NCBI RefSeq assembly: GCF_001194135.2
Contig: NC_068981.1
Location: forward strand, 87,626,952 to 87,690,951
Length of the DNA stretch: 64,000 bases
Reading direction: 5' to 3'
DNA from: Octopus bimaculoides
Lineage: Eukaryota
How positions within the stretch are numbered: position 1 is the first letter of the stretch; every line of letters starts with the position of its first letter. The notes under the pieces were generated by a model. That model searched no databases. It saw nothing but the letters and a program-made list of their open reading frames with translations, and was not told the DNA's origin. The position numbers and the translations under genes are program-made. Shown one piece after another: positions 49,456 to 63,365 of this stretch.

Positions 49456-51199
49456 CAGAACAGGTATATAATAATATAGAAAAATAGTGTTGCTTAGAAG
49501 AAAAGAAAAAAGAAAGAAAAAGAATTAATTATATAAAAGATTATTTATTGTTCTTGAAGAGAAATCATGATAATCAAATATGATAGCAACAAAATAAGCA
49601 AAACTTTTCTCACAAACTTTTTCATAAAACTTTGGTTTCCTCCTCACAAGTAGAATATCTTTCGTTACTGTATGGCTGCCAATATTTGACTAAGTTCAAA
49701 CACGTCTTCTGCTAGAGAACTTCTCTCACACTTAGAGTGTACCTACCATCCACATGCAACAATACACAGCCTAGATTGCATTTTAAAAATTGGTCTCGCT
49801 GATAAATAAGTCCATGCCAATATTTTCCAACAACTGGCTCAATGTCAAGATATATCTCCTTTGCCTCTGTTACTAAAACAGGTTTGTTCCTCTGAATTTC
49901 CTGACTCTACTACTTCCTCCTAACTCCACTCATTACTATACTGTACCCCTTCGCTACTTAAACTCTATTGTACCTCATTTTCCTGATTTTGAATTTTGTC
50001 CCAATCTTTTTTTCTGGAATTCTCTCCTCACTGATGTTTTCCTATCAATTATTTATTTACAATTCAAAATGAATGTAGTAAATGCACTAACTCTACTCAA
50101 CCATACCTATACCAAAAGTCTTTTAAAATTATGAGTATTTCACATCCTAACTGATATATAAATAAAAAATTTTAACCTTTTAAAATTTAAGCATTCCAAC
50201 ACTAACTACCACATATAAATCTTATTGAATTTACATGAAATGACTACTGTCCATTTTTTGTTGCAGCTTATTAAATGTTTTGAGGCTTTAGGGTTTAAAG
50301 GCTGTTCTGAAACCTAAGGAGGCATCAATTATGTAGTTCTTCTACTACACTACTTCCCTATTCTTGCAATCTAGTTGTTATTTGCTATGTGATACTGACC
50401 AATACTATGCTACTGTCATGTAATATATCTTCGAATGCATTTCACATTTTGTAGCATGAAAAATTATCACTGAGCCCCACTGTTGTTTTTAAGCATACAA
50501 ACAATTGCAATATATTATTAATTCTAAATACAGGCATACTCTATAATTAAGATGAGATATTAATCAATAAGACTTGTTTGCAGGATGGTTTACATTTTTT
50601 TTCTTTTGCAATATCACAGCTATTTTATGTATGAAATAATTAGTTTATATTGAATATTATATTTATTAAGATGAAAATATATTCACTATGATGTTTCATT
50701 TGCTCTGTAATATACAAAATAGATTAATTGTATCTTTTAACTGTTTATGCATGTAAAGGAGCATTGTAATTCATTATTAATTATGTATATTCCTATTCCT
50801 GAGTCATAGTAATTTAACTTCTCATCACTACATCAGTATGAACATAAGAAATGAAATGTCTAATTAAATGCATGTAAATCTCTAATGTACAGTATTTAAA
50901 TAACTGTGGATTGACTAATTTTCATCTATTAAAATAGATAATGCTATTTGAAACTGGGTGGTATATTTAATCTGTCACCTACTTTAACATTGCCATGTCA
51001 CCCAGTTTAATAGCACCCAATGCTCTGGGTTGTGTGGGAGGCTCTGAGTGATTTCAACAGTTATGTCTTTAAATGTTTCATGTAACAGCTGTAATGTTAG
51101 TATGATTGTTATACTGACAGTGTGATAACCTACAGGTTACATCTCAAACCAAAAATCAGTACGTCTCTTCTTTTTGTTAATCTTTATCACTGTCAGCAG

Positions 51200-52170
51200 C
51201 AATAACAAAAAGTTGCATTTTCAGCATGATAAGGTTTCATTCTATAGAAAATGGTGAAAATGCAATAGAAACATGTAAAATCATTTGTGAAGTCTGTAGT
51301 GAAGGTACTATAGGTGAATCAACCATTTGGAGATGGTTTGTAAAATTCAAACATGGGTATTTGAACTTAGAAGATGTAGGTTACTTTTCAGAATTGCACA
51401 AAGATCTTTATCATCATCATCATCGTTTAACGTCCGCTTTCCATGCTAGCATGGGTTGGACGATTTGACTGAGGACTGGTGAAACCGGATGGCAACACCA
51501 GGCTCCAATCTAATTTGGCAGAGTTTCTACAGCTGGATGCTCTTCCTAACGCCAACCACTCAGAGAGTGTAGTGGGTGCATTTAGTGAATTTGGGTACAT
51601 TCCCCACTATGATGTGCAAGCCTCTCACAACTTGTCAGAGAAAAACTGTATGAATCTGTATTTTATCTGCTGCATACTCTTAAAACAATAAAAGTGACCT
51701 GTTTTTTTTGTTTTGTTTTTTTGGAGCAATTGGTGACTGGAAATGAAAATTAGATTGTTTATGATAACAGTGTGGAAATGATCTTGGTGCTTGCATGAGA
51801 ATCCACCAAAACAGTTACCAAAGCAGAATGCTCATGCAAAGTTATGCTTTGTGTCTGGTGGGATTTCAAAGGCATTATGCTTTTATGAGCTACTCCTACA
51901 CAACCAGGCTATCAGTTTTGATGTGTACTACTGCCAGCTAGAGAAACTGAACAAAAGAAATTCACCAGAACTAGCCAATAGGAAAGGTGTGTTGCTAAAA
52001 GATAATGCCAAACCTCATATGTCCTTAGCTACCTGCACAAAGTTGCATAAGTTTTGGATGGTATCTCTTACTGCATTCACTATAGTTTTCCAACATTGCA
52101 CCATCTGACATTGTTTAGGTCCTTTCAAAATTCCTTGAATGGAAAATCATTTAACAAGGTAGATAAAATC
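51200..52170 (+). pseudogene. Decayed mariner (DD34D-type) transposase interrupted by a family-C SINE at 51411-51590
   Basis: GENAIETCKIICEV...STIWRWFVKFK; LVTGNE; CVWWDFKG; LANRKGVLLKDNAKPH; LFRSFQNSLNGKSF. Confidence 0.88.
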
Positions 52171-53298
52171 ACATGGTTACCTTCTTTTACTCCATGTCAT
52201 TCTTTAAATCAAATGTATAATTATCATGATTATCATTTCTAACATCAACTAAAACACATGTAGAAATTAATAATAATTCATACTTTTAACTTTTCACCTT
52301 CTATTAAGTAACTGCTGGAAAAAGTGATAATTTTTTTTCCCCTTATTTTAATGCTAATAGAATATGCATTTGATAGGTAAGTAATGGTATCTTCTTGGAT
52401 TATATTAGTCTTAACTTTAATTAATTATAAAACAAATTTGTGATATACTAGGGTAAAGACCCCTTCAGTGATGAATGAGCACGAGACAAGTCTGGGTAAG
52501 GTTGTTTATGGAAGACCAGCAGTTGTCCATGCATACCTGCCTCCCTTTTCCATGCCATTATATGTACATAGGGTAAGGGGTAGAGACCCCCTTCAGTCAT
52601 GAATGACTATGGGATTGCACCTAGAAAATTTGTTTATGGAAGACCAGCAGTCACCAATGCATACCAGCCTCCTCTTTCTATGTCACCGATGTTATCCAAG
52701 GGAATGGTAAAGGTCAATACAGCTTCGATGCCAGTGATGTCGCAACTCATTTCTACAGCTGAGTGAACTGGAGCAATGTGAAATAAAGTGTCTTGCTCAA
52801 GAACAAAACTCACAGTCCGGTCTGGGAATCAAGCTCATGATTGTGAGCCCAACATTCCAACCACTGAGCCATGTGCCTTTACGTGATATACTACCCTAAG
52901 TTAAGATGATATGAAATTTACAGAAGGCTAACAGTTACAAATATTTAAATAGCATCATATTTTTAGTCAGACATGTATTTTTGTGGGATGTTCTTAGCTA
53001 TGGAAGGAGATACACATGCAAAGTGATAAATATTCTATTTTACTGTCATAATACACAAGTGTATTCATGTAGTTAAAAGTTGATGAAAGTTTTTATTAAT
53101 CATAAAGATTGGTGCATGGGGAATGTGTTCAAAACAATGAGTTAAATCACTGACAGATAAATTTGTAATTATAGGCAAGAGTTTTTATATGATAATCAGT
53201 TTTTGATGTAAAATATGTAATATAGGATTGTATTCAATGAATTAGGAATGAAGAGGAAAACCTGAAAGCAAAAAGCATGCAAACATGGAAAATAGTAT

Positions 53299-53715
53299 TA
53301 CTCTCTCTTTACTCTTTTACTTGTTTCAGTCATTTGACTGCGGCCATGCTGGAGCACTGCCTTTAGTCGAGCAAATTGACCCCAGGACTTATTCTTTGGA
53401 AACCTAGTACTTATTCTATCGGTCTCTTTTGCCGAACCGCTAGGTTACGGGGACGTAAATACACCAGCATCGGTTGTCAAGCGATGTTGGGGGGACAAAC
53501 ACAGACACACAAACATATACACGCACATACATATATATATATACATATATACGACAGGCTTCTTTCAGTTTCCGTCTACCAAATCCACTCGCAAGGCTTT
53601 GGTTGGCCCGAGGCTATAGTAGAAGACACTTGCCCAAGGTGCCACGCAGTGGGACTGAACCCAGAACCATGTGGTTGGTAAGCAAGCTACTTACCACATG
53701 GCTACTCCCGTGCCT
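53299..53715 (-). mobile_element. Family-A SINE, full length
   Basis: Same architecture as 6811-7198 and closely similar to it. Confidence 0.85.
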
Positions 53716-54443
53716 ATATATTATTTTAAATTTCTTATGAAAAATGTTGCATTGGAGACACAAGTACTACACTTTCTCACTGGCTAAGCATACATATATA
53801 AGGAACCATTGCTACACATATCACAGAAATAAAATACATAAAAAATCATTGGTTGTTAATGCAGCCATCTCATGTGGAACTTTCCTGTAGCTAGAACCTA
53901 TAATTAATACCAAAACATAATAAAAACTCAATAGATAGCTTTACCCTAATAACAAAGTAACACTAAAGCTAAAGCTAAAGTATTTGCTGATTGCTGAAAA
54001 AATCTTGACATCAATGATCAAAACATTTCAAACAGAGTAATAACAAATGAGAAACAGACACAATATTAATCCCATGATTTTGCCTGCTATAAAATATCAA
54101 TTGTGGAGGCATATGGCCTAGTGGTTAGAGCAGCGGACTCACAGTTGAAGGATTGTGGATTCAAATCTCAGACTGAGTGATGTGTGTGTTTATGAGTGAA
54201 ACACCAAAGCTCCACATGGCTCTGGCAGAAGGTAATGGCAAACTTCTGCTGGTTCTTTCGCCTCAACTTTCTCTCACTCTTTCCTCCTGCATCTAGTAGC
54301 TCACCTTCGACAGACTGGTGTCTCATCCAGGTGGGGAACCTATACACTAATGAAACTGGGAAACCAGCCTTTATGAGCCAGGCATGGCTTGAGAAAGACA
54401 AACAACAAAATATCAATATTAATTGTAACAAAAATTTGTTCAC

Positions 54444-54491
<48 letters not shown>

Positions 54492-54677
54492 CATTTTCAG
54501 CAAGTTAACTTGGGATTCCTTAACAACAATGTCACCTTCATATAATTAAGGTATCATCGGCCTGATGAGTAGATAGCAGAGTACCCCTCAATGAGTAATT
54601 ATTACATTAGAGGATCTGCAAGCTAAGAAACCTATGTAGCCTGCATTTTCCTGCTCCACTCCTTCAATTGGGATATG

Positions 54678-54708
<31 letters not shown>

Positions 54709-54778
54709 GATGTATGTATGTATGTATGTATGTGCATGTATGTGTATGTGTGTGTGTATACATACATGCATACATACA

Positions 54779-54810
<32 letters not shown>

Positions 54811-56852
54811 CAAAGCTGGCCAAAAGTCACCTGACAGTAAATGAAAGCCATTTAATTCCAAGATTTATTTATGCTTAACAAATGAATGAATTTAGTAAAA
54901 GCATCTAAATATGAAACATCATGAAAATTGTTCAAACTGAAGTCCCTCTTCAGCGGCACCATTTTCCCAAAGGAACAAATAAAATTGAATATTAAATATT
55001 TATAGAATTTTGATTTACCTAGCATCTAGCATCTAACCTAGCATCTATTCTATCAGTCTCTGTTGCAGAACTGCTAAGTTACAGGATGTAAATACACTAA
55101 CACCAGTTGTCAAGCAGTGGTGGGGAACAAATACAGACAAAGAATATATATACACACAGACACATGTATATACAATGGACTTCTTTCAGTTTTTGTCTAC
55201 GAAGCCTGCTCACAAAGGCTTTGGTCACTCTCAAGAGTATAGTAGAAGATACTTGCCTAAGGTACTACGCAGTGTGACTGAACCCAGAACCATGTGCTTG
55301 GGAAACAAACTTCTTACCTCATAGCCAATGATGCTCAGTATAGAAAACACTTAGTGGTGCTCAAATGATTTGAACTTACACCCTGAAATCTTTATTGAAG
55401 ACTGAGTCTTCTGGGTAAAGAGTAGCTACAAGAGGAATCCAGGTGAACTGATTTAAGAATAATAATGCAAAAAAACAAATAAACACACTTGGGCTTGATA
55501 TATATATATAACATACATACATATATATACATGTAAATATATATATAGGGATATATATATAGAGAGAGAAATAAAAGCTGAAAATATTCAGATGAACATT
55601 TGTGTAAAAGTATATAGATATTTATACATTTACAGAACAGATTTACGTGTAGTATAAAGATACAGATAATTAAGGGGAGAGGACATGATTTCAGTTCTGA
55701 CAACTGTTTCTGGGGGCTTGGAATTATGTTACAATTGTAATGTTGATAAGATGGAGTGTGTAAAAAGTCAAGAATATGCAAGCCATATATGAAGAGGCTG
55801 TCAGCAAGATAATTAGGTGGTATTTTGTTTTTGACTTTTGTAAATTCAGTTTTGAATATTCTGAAATCTGCCTTCATACCTGGACATTTTATCTAACTGT
55901 TTTCTATAGAATCAAACTGTTGAAAAAGTGGTACTCTAAACTTCTATATTAAGGATTGCTTCAATGTTGACGATCTAAAATAGGCACGGATAACCTTTTT
56001 TGAGAAGGCAGCCTGAGACATGGCTCATCATCAGACAGGTTATATTACACAAAGAAATTGAAGGTAATTTTTCGTTAGGTGTGCCATGCAAAGAGTCCTG
56101 CAGGCAGCAGGTTGACCATGACTAATCTAAACTTTAAATTTCCTTACTCTTAGTCAAAGAAATGTCAATAAATTCACTGGTGACAATTTAAAAAGAAAAA
56201 CAAATTATTACTTCTAGGTAATTTTCATCATCCATTACCTGACACACAAAATAATGTTTCATATTTGTTGCCAATCTAATACAATGCATAAAAGTAAATG
56301 TTAGTGAACTTGTACATACAGGTGAATTTTAACATGGATCTGTTTTGAGTTGATAGTAGAGATAAGAAAAAAATTCCTGACATCTTCAAACACTATTAAG
56401 CTTGGTAAACATAAACACAGAAAAGGATTATGATGAATGGAAATTTAGTTTTTGTGTCAAAATAAAAGAATCTAGAGATTGCATGTTGTTTTTATTTCCT
56501 TGTCTTTTAGTCAGGATAAAGGATGTCTCCATGACTCATTACAGAATCACTGAGACAAGTGGAAGTGTGGAAGGAAGGTATTCTTAGACTAGAAACCTGG
56601 CTTGCTAAAGGTGTCCAAGGTGCTATGCAGTGGTGCTAAACCAGTGACCGGGTGAATCTACCACAAAAGTAGGCCGTAGTGAGACTTGAACTCAGAATGT
56701 AAAGAGCCAAAACAAATATTACAAGACATCTGGTTTGCTGTTCTTAAAGATCTGCAAATCCAGTGTGCTGAGTGACATCATTGTGTTTACTTCATAAGTT
56801 GTGAAATTTGTGTTTTTGTGATCACGTGTATGCTGTAGTCTGTGATTTTGTC

Positions 56853-58333
56853 ATGGACAGAAACAAAGCGCCAATGTGAAACTTGGAAAGTCTGCTACAG
56901 AGACATTGAACATTCTTTGGTAAGCTTATGGTGATGAGGTAATTGGTTGTACGCAATGTTTTGAGTGGCTCAAGTGCTTCAAAAGCAGAAGAACATCCCT
57001 GGAAGATGATGAGTGATCTGGAAGACCAGCCATGAATATCACTTCCAGAAATGTGGTATTGTGCATAGACACCTTTTCACCAACTTTAAAAAACCTTGCC
57101 ATGTCTTCCCTAGCACTTTTTCTTTTTTTGCCAAGTAGCAATTTATTAAAGACTGATTTTACTTTCCTTGCAAACATCAGCTCTGCTGGTGAGCTACCTG
57201 CTGGTGTATTTGGATTTGGTGTCACATGGTACACTCTTAAGAATTGTTGTAGAGCTACCTTATCTATGACTTCCTTATTTGAAGGTATTGACAAAGTGTT
57301 CTGCCTGTCCATTAGATCTGGGATGGTATGGCGCCTTAGTTATATGTTCTACTGTGGACGTTTCACAAAATTTTTAAAATTCACTAGACCGAAATTGCGT
57401 TCCATTGTCAGTCTGGGATGCCAAATCTTACAAACAATTTGTGTAAAAATGTTGTCACAGTTGAGGAGGTTGGTTTTTTTTTTACACTTACAAATTTCAG
57501 GCCATTTTGCAAAACTATCAACTACCACTAAGTAGTAAAAATCATTTAAAGGACCAGTGAAATCAATGTGTAGTATCAACCACAGAACATATACTTTTGA
57601 ACAATGTTTACTTTTTAGCGTGTTTAGTTTTTTACTTTGTTGCTGTTTTTGCGACTCAAGAAAGCCAGCCAACAAATTTTCCATAATTTTTTGACTTTTT
57701 TCATAAAATTCACACAGCAAAACTTTGTGAGTTTATTAACTCCTCTTCAAGTTTCTATTAAGTCCACGTGAATGGGTTTATCCTCATCAAGTTTATTAAT
57801 TCCTCGTGAGTTGTTTAAATCCTCATTGCCACCATTATAATCCCGATAATGATGAATTGTTATAATGCGCACTTCAGTATATAGTATACTTAGTAAAACC
57901 AGTAAAGACATGACTATCACTGACCGCCTACTGTGTACTCTCCTGTACTGTCTCATACTCTCCTATTTATAGTGACATCTCATACCATTTGTCACGTGGA
58001 AGGGGTGTACATTATTATTAATTCCCTACAACATTTATGTACCCATCTATTCACCAGATTTAGCACCTGCAGACTTCTATCTCTTCCCCAAGATGAAAAT
58101 GCAACTCAACTGTTACCATTTTAGCACTGTTGTCGAGATCCAGAGCAAATTGCAGAAGGTCCTTGACTCACAGAAAACGACTTCCAGGCTGGATTCCAAA
58201 AGTGGTTGGAACACTGGGACCAGTGTATTGCTGCATAAGGTGACTATTTCAAAGGAGATGATGTTAAAACTTAGGTAAATAAGTTTTTTTATTAAACATA
58301 ACTAGTCCAGTATCATTTTGATACCACCTCGTA
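56853..58333 (+). pseudogene. Disrupted mariner: N-terminus 56853-57056; C-terminus and 3' TIR 58034-58333
   Basis: LGKSATETLNIL...FEWLKCFKSRRTSLEDDE*SGRP; YSPDLAP at 58048-58068; terminal TTTTGATACCACCTCGTA. Confidence 0.85.
57060..58033 (-). mobile_element. Internally deleted Ty3/Gypsy fragment (5' LTR + PBS-like + integrase) nested in the mariner
   Basis: Minus strand: TGTTGTAGGG start at 58033, TATAAATA at 57971-57964, TGGTGGCAATGAGGAT at 57834-57819; LHIDFTGP...YLVVVDSFAKWPE; QFLRVYHVTPNP...SPAELMFARK. Confidence 0.8.
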
Positions 58334-58789
58334 TGTATATATATATATACATACACAGATCCACTTACAAGGCTTTCGTCAACCTGACACTATAATAGAA
58401 GACATTTGTGCAAGTACCATGCAATGGGACTGAACCTGAAACCATGTGGCTGGAGGCAAATATCTTACCACACGGGCATGCCTGCATATATCAATGAAGC
58501 TCTAAATAAGAAAATGAAACTAAATTTATGCCTTGTTTATTTGCTTTATTAGTGATGATAAAAACTTCAAAGTTTCAAACAAAACTGAAAATTTTAATAA
58601 AAATATTTCTATAGTATAGGATATACTTTTGCAAACACTCAAATCTTTTTCTAAAAGCTATTGGTAACTTTTAGACAAAGTACATTACACATCCATCGGA
58701 GAATACTTCCACTACAACATTAATTTTTAAGCCTATTTCTGTAGAGAAAACTAAAAAAGCAAAAACATAATGAATGATTTAGCATTGAT

Positions 58790-60120
58790 GTAGTGCTCTA
58801 GTTATAACAGCAGATTGTCTTCTCCAGTTCTTAAAAGTATAATAGCACAATTTCTTTGTTTACTTAGTTATTAATCCTTCCAAATCGGAGTTTTTCCTCA
58901 CCCATTAGAAACCAAGAAAATTATTTATATGTTATAAAAAGACAACAAAACAAACTATTCTTGATCAGCCAATTTCTCTACTTCCCAATATACCTAAAGT
59001 ATTTGCAAAAACTATCTTTTTGCAACTTCACTCCTTTCTGAATAAAGACTATATTTGTTTCAAAAACCAGTATACTTTGCACAGAAATCATTCTGCACAG
59101 TATGCACCTATAGAATTGATTACAAAAATATTTATCAGAAACGAATGAAAATGATTAAAACACCACTTGGAATATTCAGGGACATTTGGAAAGCTTTTGA
59201 AACTCTGGATCCCAACTCTCTAAATTATATTGTTATAGAATTAGAAATCAAAGACATCAACTGTTCCACAGTTACCTTACAATATTATCTCATGTACCTT
59301 GCCCCACTTGGTGTCCTTCAAGGCTTTATTCTAGAACCCTTTTTCATTGATAACTATATGATTGACATCCCTGTGAACTCAAGATTATTTGATCTTATTC
59401 TATATGCAGATATCATATCACTGATTTACTCTTCTGTGCTGTTAGATCTGATTAGAGCAAACACAAATGGTTTAAATAATGAACATTTAAAACATATCAA
59501 TTGGCTAACTAAACATAATCTCTATTGCTACATCTAAAAAAAACAAACTAAATGCATACTCTTTCATCATCATTAAAAGCACATTTCCGATGACTCAATC
59601 CTTCAGCTTGAATTTTATGGAAATGGAATAGAATATGTCGACCATTTTAAATTTACAGGAATTACTGTTGCTAAGAATTGTGAATAGAAACCACATATTG
59701 ATCTAACTTGCAAGTAAATAATTACTATTCATATTGAATATCGTACAAAAAATGGTTTTCCTATACATATGCTACTAAATTTACTAGAATCTTATTAGTT
59801 GTCATCTAAATATTATTTTATGGAGACAGGAGCATCATCCTAATAGCCTGAGCCTATACAAAGTAGAACCCAAAGACTAGTTTTAAATGAAAGATGTACC
59901 TCAGGATGTACTGATTCGCTTTATCATAATACTTAACTTTTAAAGTTTTTATAGACATGTTCACACTTGCACAAATCAAATTTTATAATAATGTACTCTA
60001 TCTAAATTTTTCTTGGCTCTAGTTACCAAGTAACTCTGACAAAGCCATATATCCATGTATACATTATACAATCAACATTCACAAGACTCATATACACTTA
60101 TAATCCCTTTCAAAAATTAT
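58790..60120 (+). pseudogene. CR1/L2-like LINE reverse transcriptase remnant
   Basis: PISLLPNIPKVF (58969), GIFRDIWKAFETL, GVLQGFILEP, LILYADI (59403). Confidence 0.78.
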
Positions 60121-61822
60121 TCCTGATAAGCTAAATCACTAAAAATTTTAAAAAGACATGAATAATGACAACCAACTATGTAGCACAATAAACTTCAAAA
60201 CAGAAACTATCAGTTTTTATTTGTCCAATGAATTATGTAATATCAATGATTTCTATTCGTGTTGATCATTTATATGGCATTTGCAAATAGATTGTAGTTC
60301 GTGTCTTATGTAAATCATCATAAATCAGTACTTTTCAAACATTTCTTTTTAATATCAAAGCTTTTGTGTTTGATAGACTCGTTGAACCTTCTCAATTCTA
60401 GGATTTGCTTCCATGTTTGGAATTTAGTATGAAATGTCTGAGAATAGAGTATTAGTGGACATCATCAATACTCTATTCTTAGCCACTTCTTGTTTATTAT
60501 AAGTTCTCCAAGTCATAACCATGTGGTCCAGTACTACCTGTATATGACTGTATGGTTGGTGACTAAATCAGCCCACAATTGGGCATGCCCAGTGCATGTG
60601 GTGGTGGTGGTGGGTGTAGGTAGATATCCTGTAAGATAAAAAAAATCTAAATGTGTCACAGATGGCTGAAGTCATATTTGTATTGCTTCCTAAATGTTAA
60701 GTTGTGTAGATTAGTAGAAAGGATTTTTATCTCAATGTTGTCTACCAAGCTACCATGCTTATCATTGATATGTTGCAGAGTACTGATGTTGGTTTCTTTT
60801 CATTGTATCATGCAAATATACACTTCCATTCTTTCACATATGCTATGCACTGTTTCTCCTATTCAAATTGTAGCAGTGTAATTACAAACCAATGAATCAA
60901 TTAATTAACTAATCAATTGATAATAAAACTTAAATGAAACACAATCAGCACATGTATTTTAATTGGCAGCATTAACCTCTAAAGTAAAATATGTTTCAAC
61001 ACACTATGTCACATGAAGAATCTTGCAAAAGAAATACAAAAATATATATACGTATGCAAAAAGAGATGCATTCATGCATGTACGCATGCACACACACATA
61101 CACACACACACAGTATTTAATATATTTTTCTTTGTTCTTTTTATCCAAATTCATGTCGCTGACCACTCTGCATTGTTTCTCTTAACACATTTCTATATTA
61201 ATTATACAAATTATCCTTGACCATAAATGTCCTTTAGGTTTTTTATGGATATATTTATCTTAGGTTTAGCTGGAGTTAAGCTAGGGCAATGCTGTGATGA
61301 TACCCATTGAAACAGAAATGTGTTCACAATTATCCTTTTGTCTCTAGGATAAACAAACTATCTTTTCCTTAATGGCATGTTAATTCCAAAGAATTGTGGA
61401 TTGTTTGAAATTATGTTCACTTCACATCTGAGTCAGTTACAATTCAGTTAAGTGCTTGTTTATTATAGCAAAGATAATTTTAGTAAATTAAGATTTTATC
61501 CAGTATAGTATTTAATACTTTTCCATCTGTATTATATATGTAAGTGTGTGTGTGTGTGTGTGTGTGTGCGTGTGTGTGTTTGTGTGTGTGTGTGGTTGGG
61601 CGGGTGGGTGCATGAGTATATTGTAATCAATTACATGAATCTCATATGGTACGTTCATTTGTTTAATCAAAGCATTTATTTAAAGTACTCAACAAATAAT
61701 TATAGTCAGCTGGGGTTATGACCAATGTTCATGTTAAATAAATTGGAAGAAATATTCTTAGATATACCCATATAAAGAAAATATGAGTATATTTACCTTA
61801 TGCTAATTTTCTGAACATTTAG

Positions 61823-61920
61823 ATGTTTCTGCAACTGCTAGATTCTTTAGCTAGTGAAGAGAGAATTACTTGTGAAGCCTTGCTACAAATAGAAAATGAC
61901 TACAAGAGGTTGAATATAAG
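61823..61920 (+). CDS. Orphan candidate exon of an unidentified gene (MFLQLLDSLASEERITCEALLQIENDYKRLNI)
   Basis: tttag acceptor (61821-61822), strong AAG|GTAATT donor, open frame with a helical-looking peptide in non-repetitive DNA. No partner exons found. Confidence 0.3.
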
Positions 61921-62503
61921 GTAATTGGGACACACAAAGATTGTGAAGTGAGGGCGCGTGTGTGTGTGTTTGTGTGCACGTGTGTGCACACATACACATA
62001 CACAACTGATGTACCTGATAACTAGACAGATGTGAAACTTACAAGGAGCACCTTAATTCATATAATCAAATCACTGAGTCTGTTGGTGATATGCTGTGCT
62101 TGAAAACACTCGTTAAGTCAAGTGAAATCATAGTTGTGGCTAATGCCAATATGTGCCGGTGGCACATAAAAAGCACCCATTGCACTCTTGGAGTGGTTGG
62201 CATTAGGAAGGGCATCCAGCTATAGAAAACATGCCAAATCAGACTGGAACTTGGTGCAGCTCTCCAGCTTACCAGTTTCAGTCAAACTGTTTAACCCATG
62301 CCAGCATGGAAAGCAGACAATGAATGACGATGATGATGATTTATTTACTAGGAGTACTTAGCAACTAACTAGAAATTATTAGGGACTCTGACTCTTGTCC
62401 ATGTGAAATGGATAGATGGGGAAAATGTACTCATATAATAGAACAGAATAGGCCCATATAAAGAATATGTATTAATATATCTAATGGTGTGTGTGTGTCA
62501 CGC

Positions 62504-62540
<37 letters not shown>

Positions 62541-62551
62541 TACATATATAT

Positions 62552-62612
<61 letters not shown>

Positions 62613-63365
62613 NNNNNNNNNNNNNNNNNNNNNNNNNNNNNNNNNNNNNNNNNNNNNNNNNNNNNNNNNNNNNNNNNNNNNNNNNNNNNNNNNNNNNNNN
62701 NNNNNNNNNNNNNNNNNNNNNNNNNNNNNNNNNNNNNNNNNNNNNNNNNNNNNNNNNNNNNNNNNNNNNNNNNNNNNNNNNNNNNNNNNNNNNNNNNNNN
62801 NNNNNNNNNNNNNNNNNNNNNNNNNNNNNNNNNNNNNNNNNNNNNNNNNNNNNNNNNNNNNNNNNNNNNNNNNNNNNNNNNNNNNNNNNNNNNNNNNNNN
62901 NNNNNNNNNNNNNNNNNNNNNNNNNNNNNNNNNNNNNNNNNNNNNNNNNNNNNNNNNNNNNNNNNNNNNNNNNNNNNNNNNNNNNNNNNNNNNNNNNNNN
63001 NNNNNNNNNNNNNNNNNNNNNNNNNNNNNNNNNNNNNNNNNNNNNNNNNNNNNNNNNNNNNNNNNNNNNNNNNNNNNNNNNNNNNNNNNNNNNNNNNNNN
63101 NNNNNNNNNNNNNNNNNNNNNNNNNNNNNNNNNNNNNNNNNNNNNNNNNNNNNNNNNNNNNNNNNNNNNNNNNNNNNNNNNNNNNNNNNNNNNNNNNNNN
63201 NNNNNNNNNNNNNNNNNNNNNNNNNNNNNNNNNNNNNNNNNNNNNNNNNNNNNNNNNNNNNNNNNNNNNNNNNNNNNNNNNNNNNNNNNNNNNNNNNNNN
63301 NNNNNNNNNNNNNNNNNNNNNNNNNNNNNNNNNNNNNNNNNNNNNNNNNNNNNNNNNNNNNNNNN
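62613..63365. other. Assembly gap (753 N) flanked by (TA)n/(CA)n microsatellites
   Basis: Direct observation. Confidence 0.99.

Noticed and set aside
51200-52170. Mariner, Gypsy, RTE, CR1 and Penelope pieces as active or domesticated genes
   Set aside because: All contain stops or frameshifts, nested insertions or degenerate catalytic motifs (YAND, YADI)
54562-54600. CTGATGAG...CTC hammerhead-like start
   Set aside because: Not followed by GAAA; no stems I or III
55380-55447. Minus-strand AG/GTAAGT-bounded open frame (FTWIPLVATLYPEDSVFNKDFR)
   Set aside because: The donor overlaps a GTTCAAAT repeat-derived motif also seen near 21945; no recognisable homology or partner exons
76-61220. Most ORF-track ORFs as standalone genes
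   Set aside because: They derive from microsatellites, SINEs or intron read-through around real exons; only spliced CAPN7 exons and TE relics show homology
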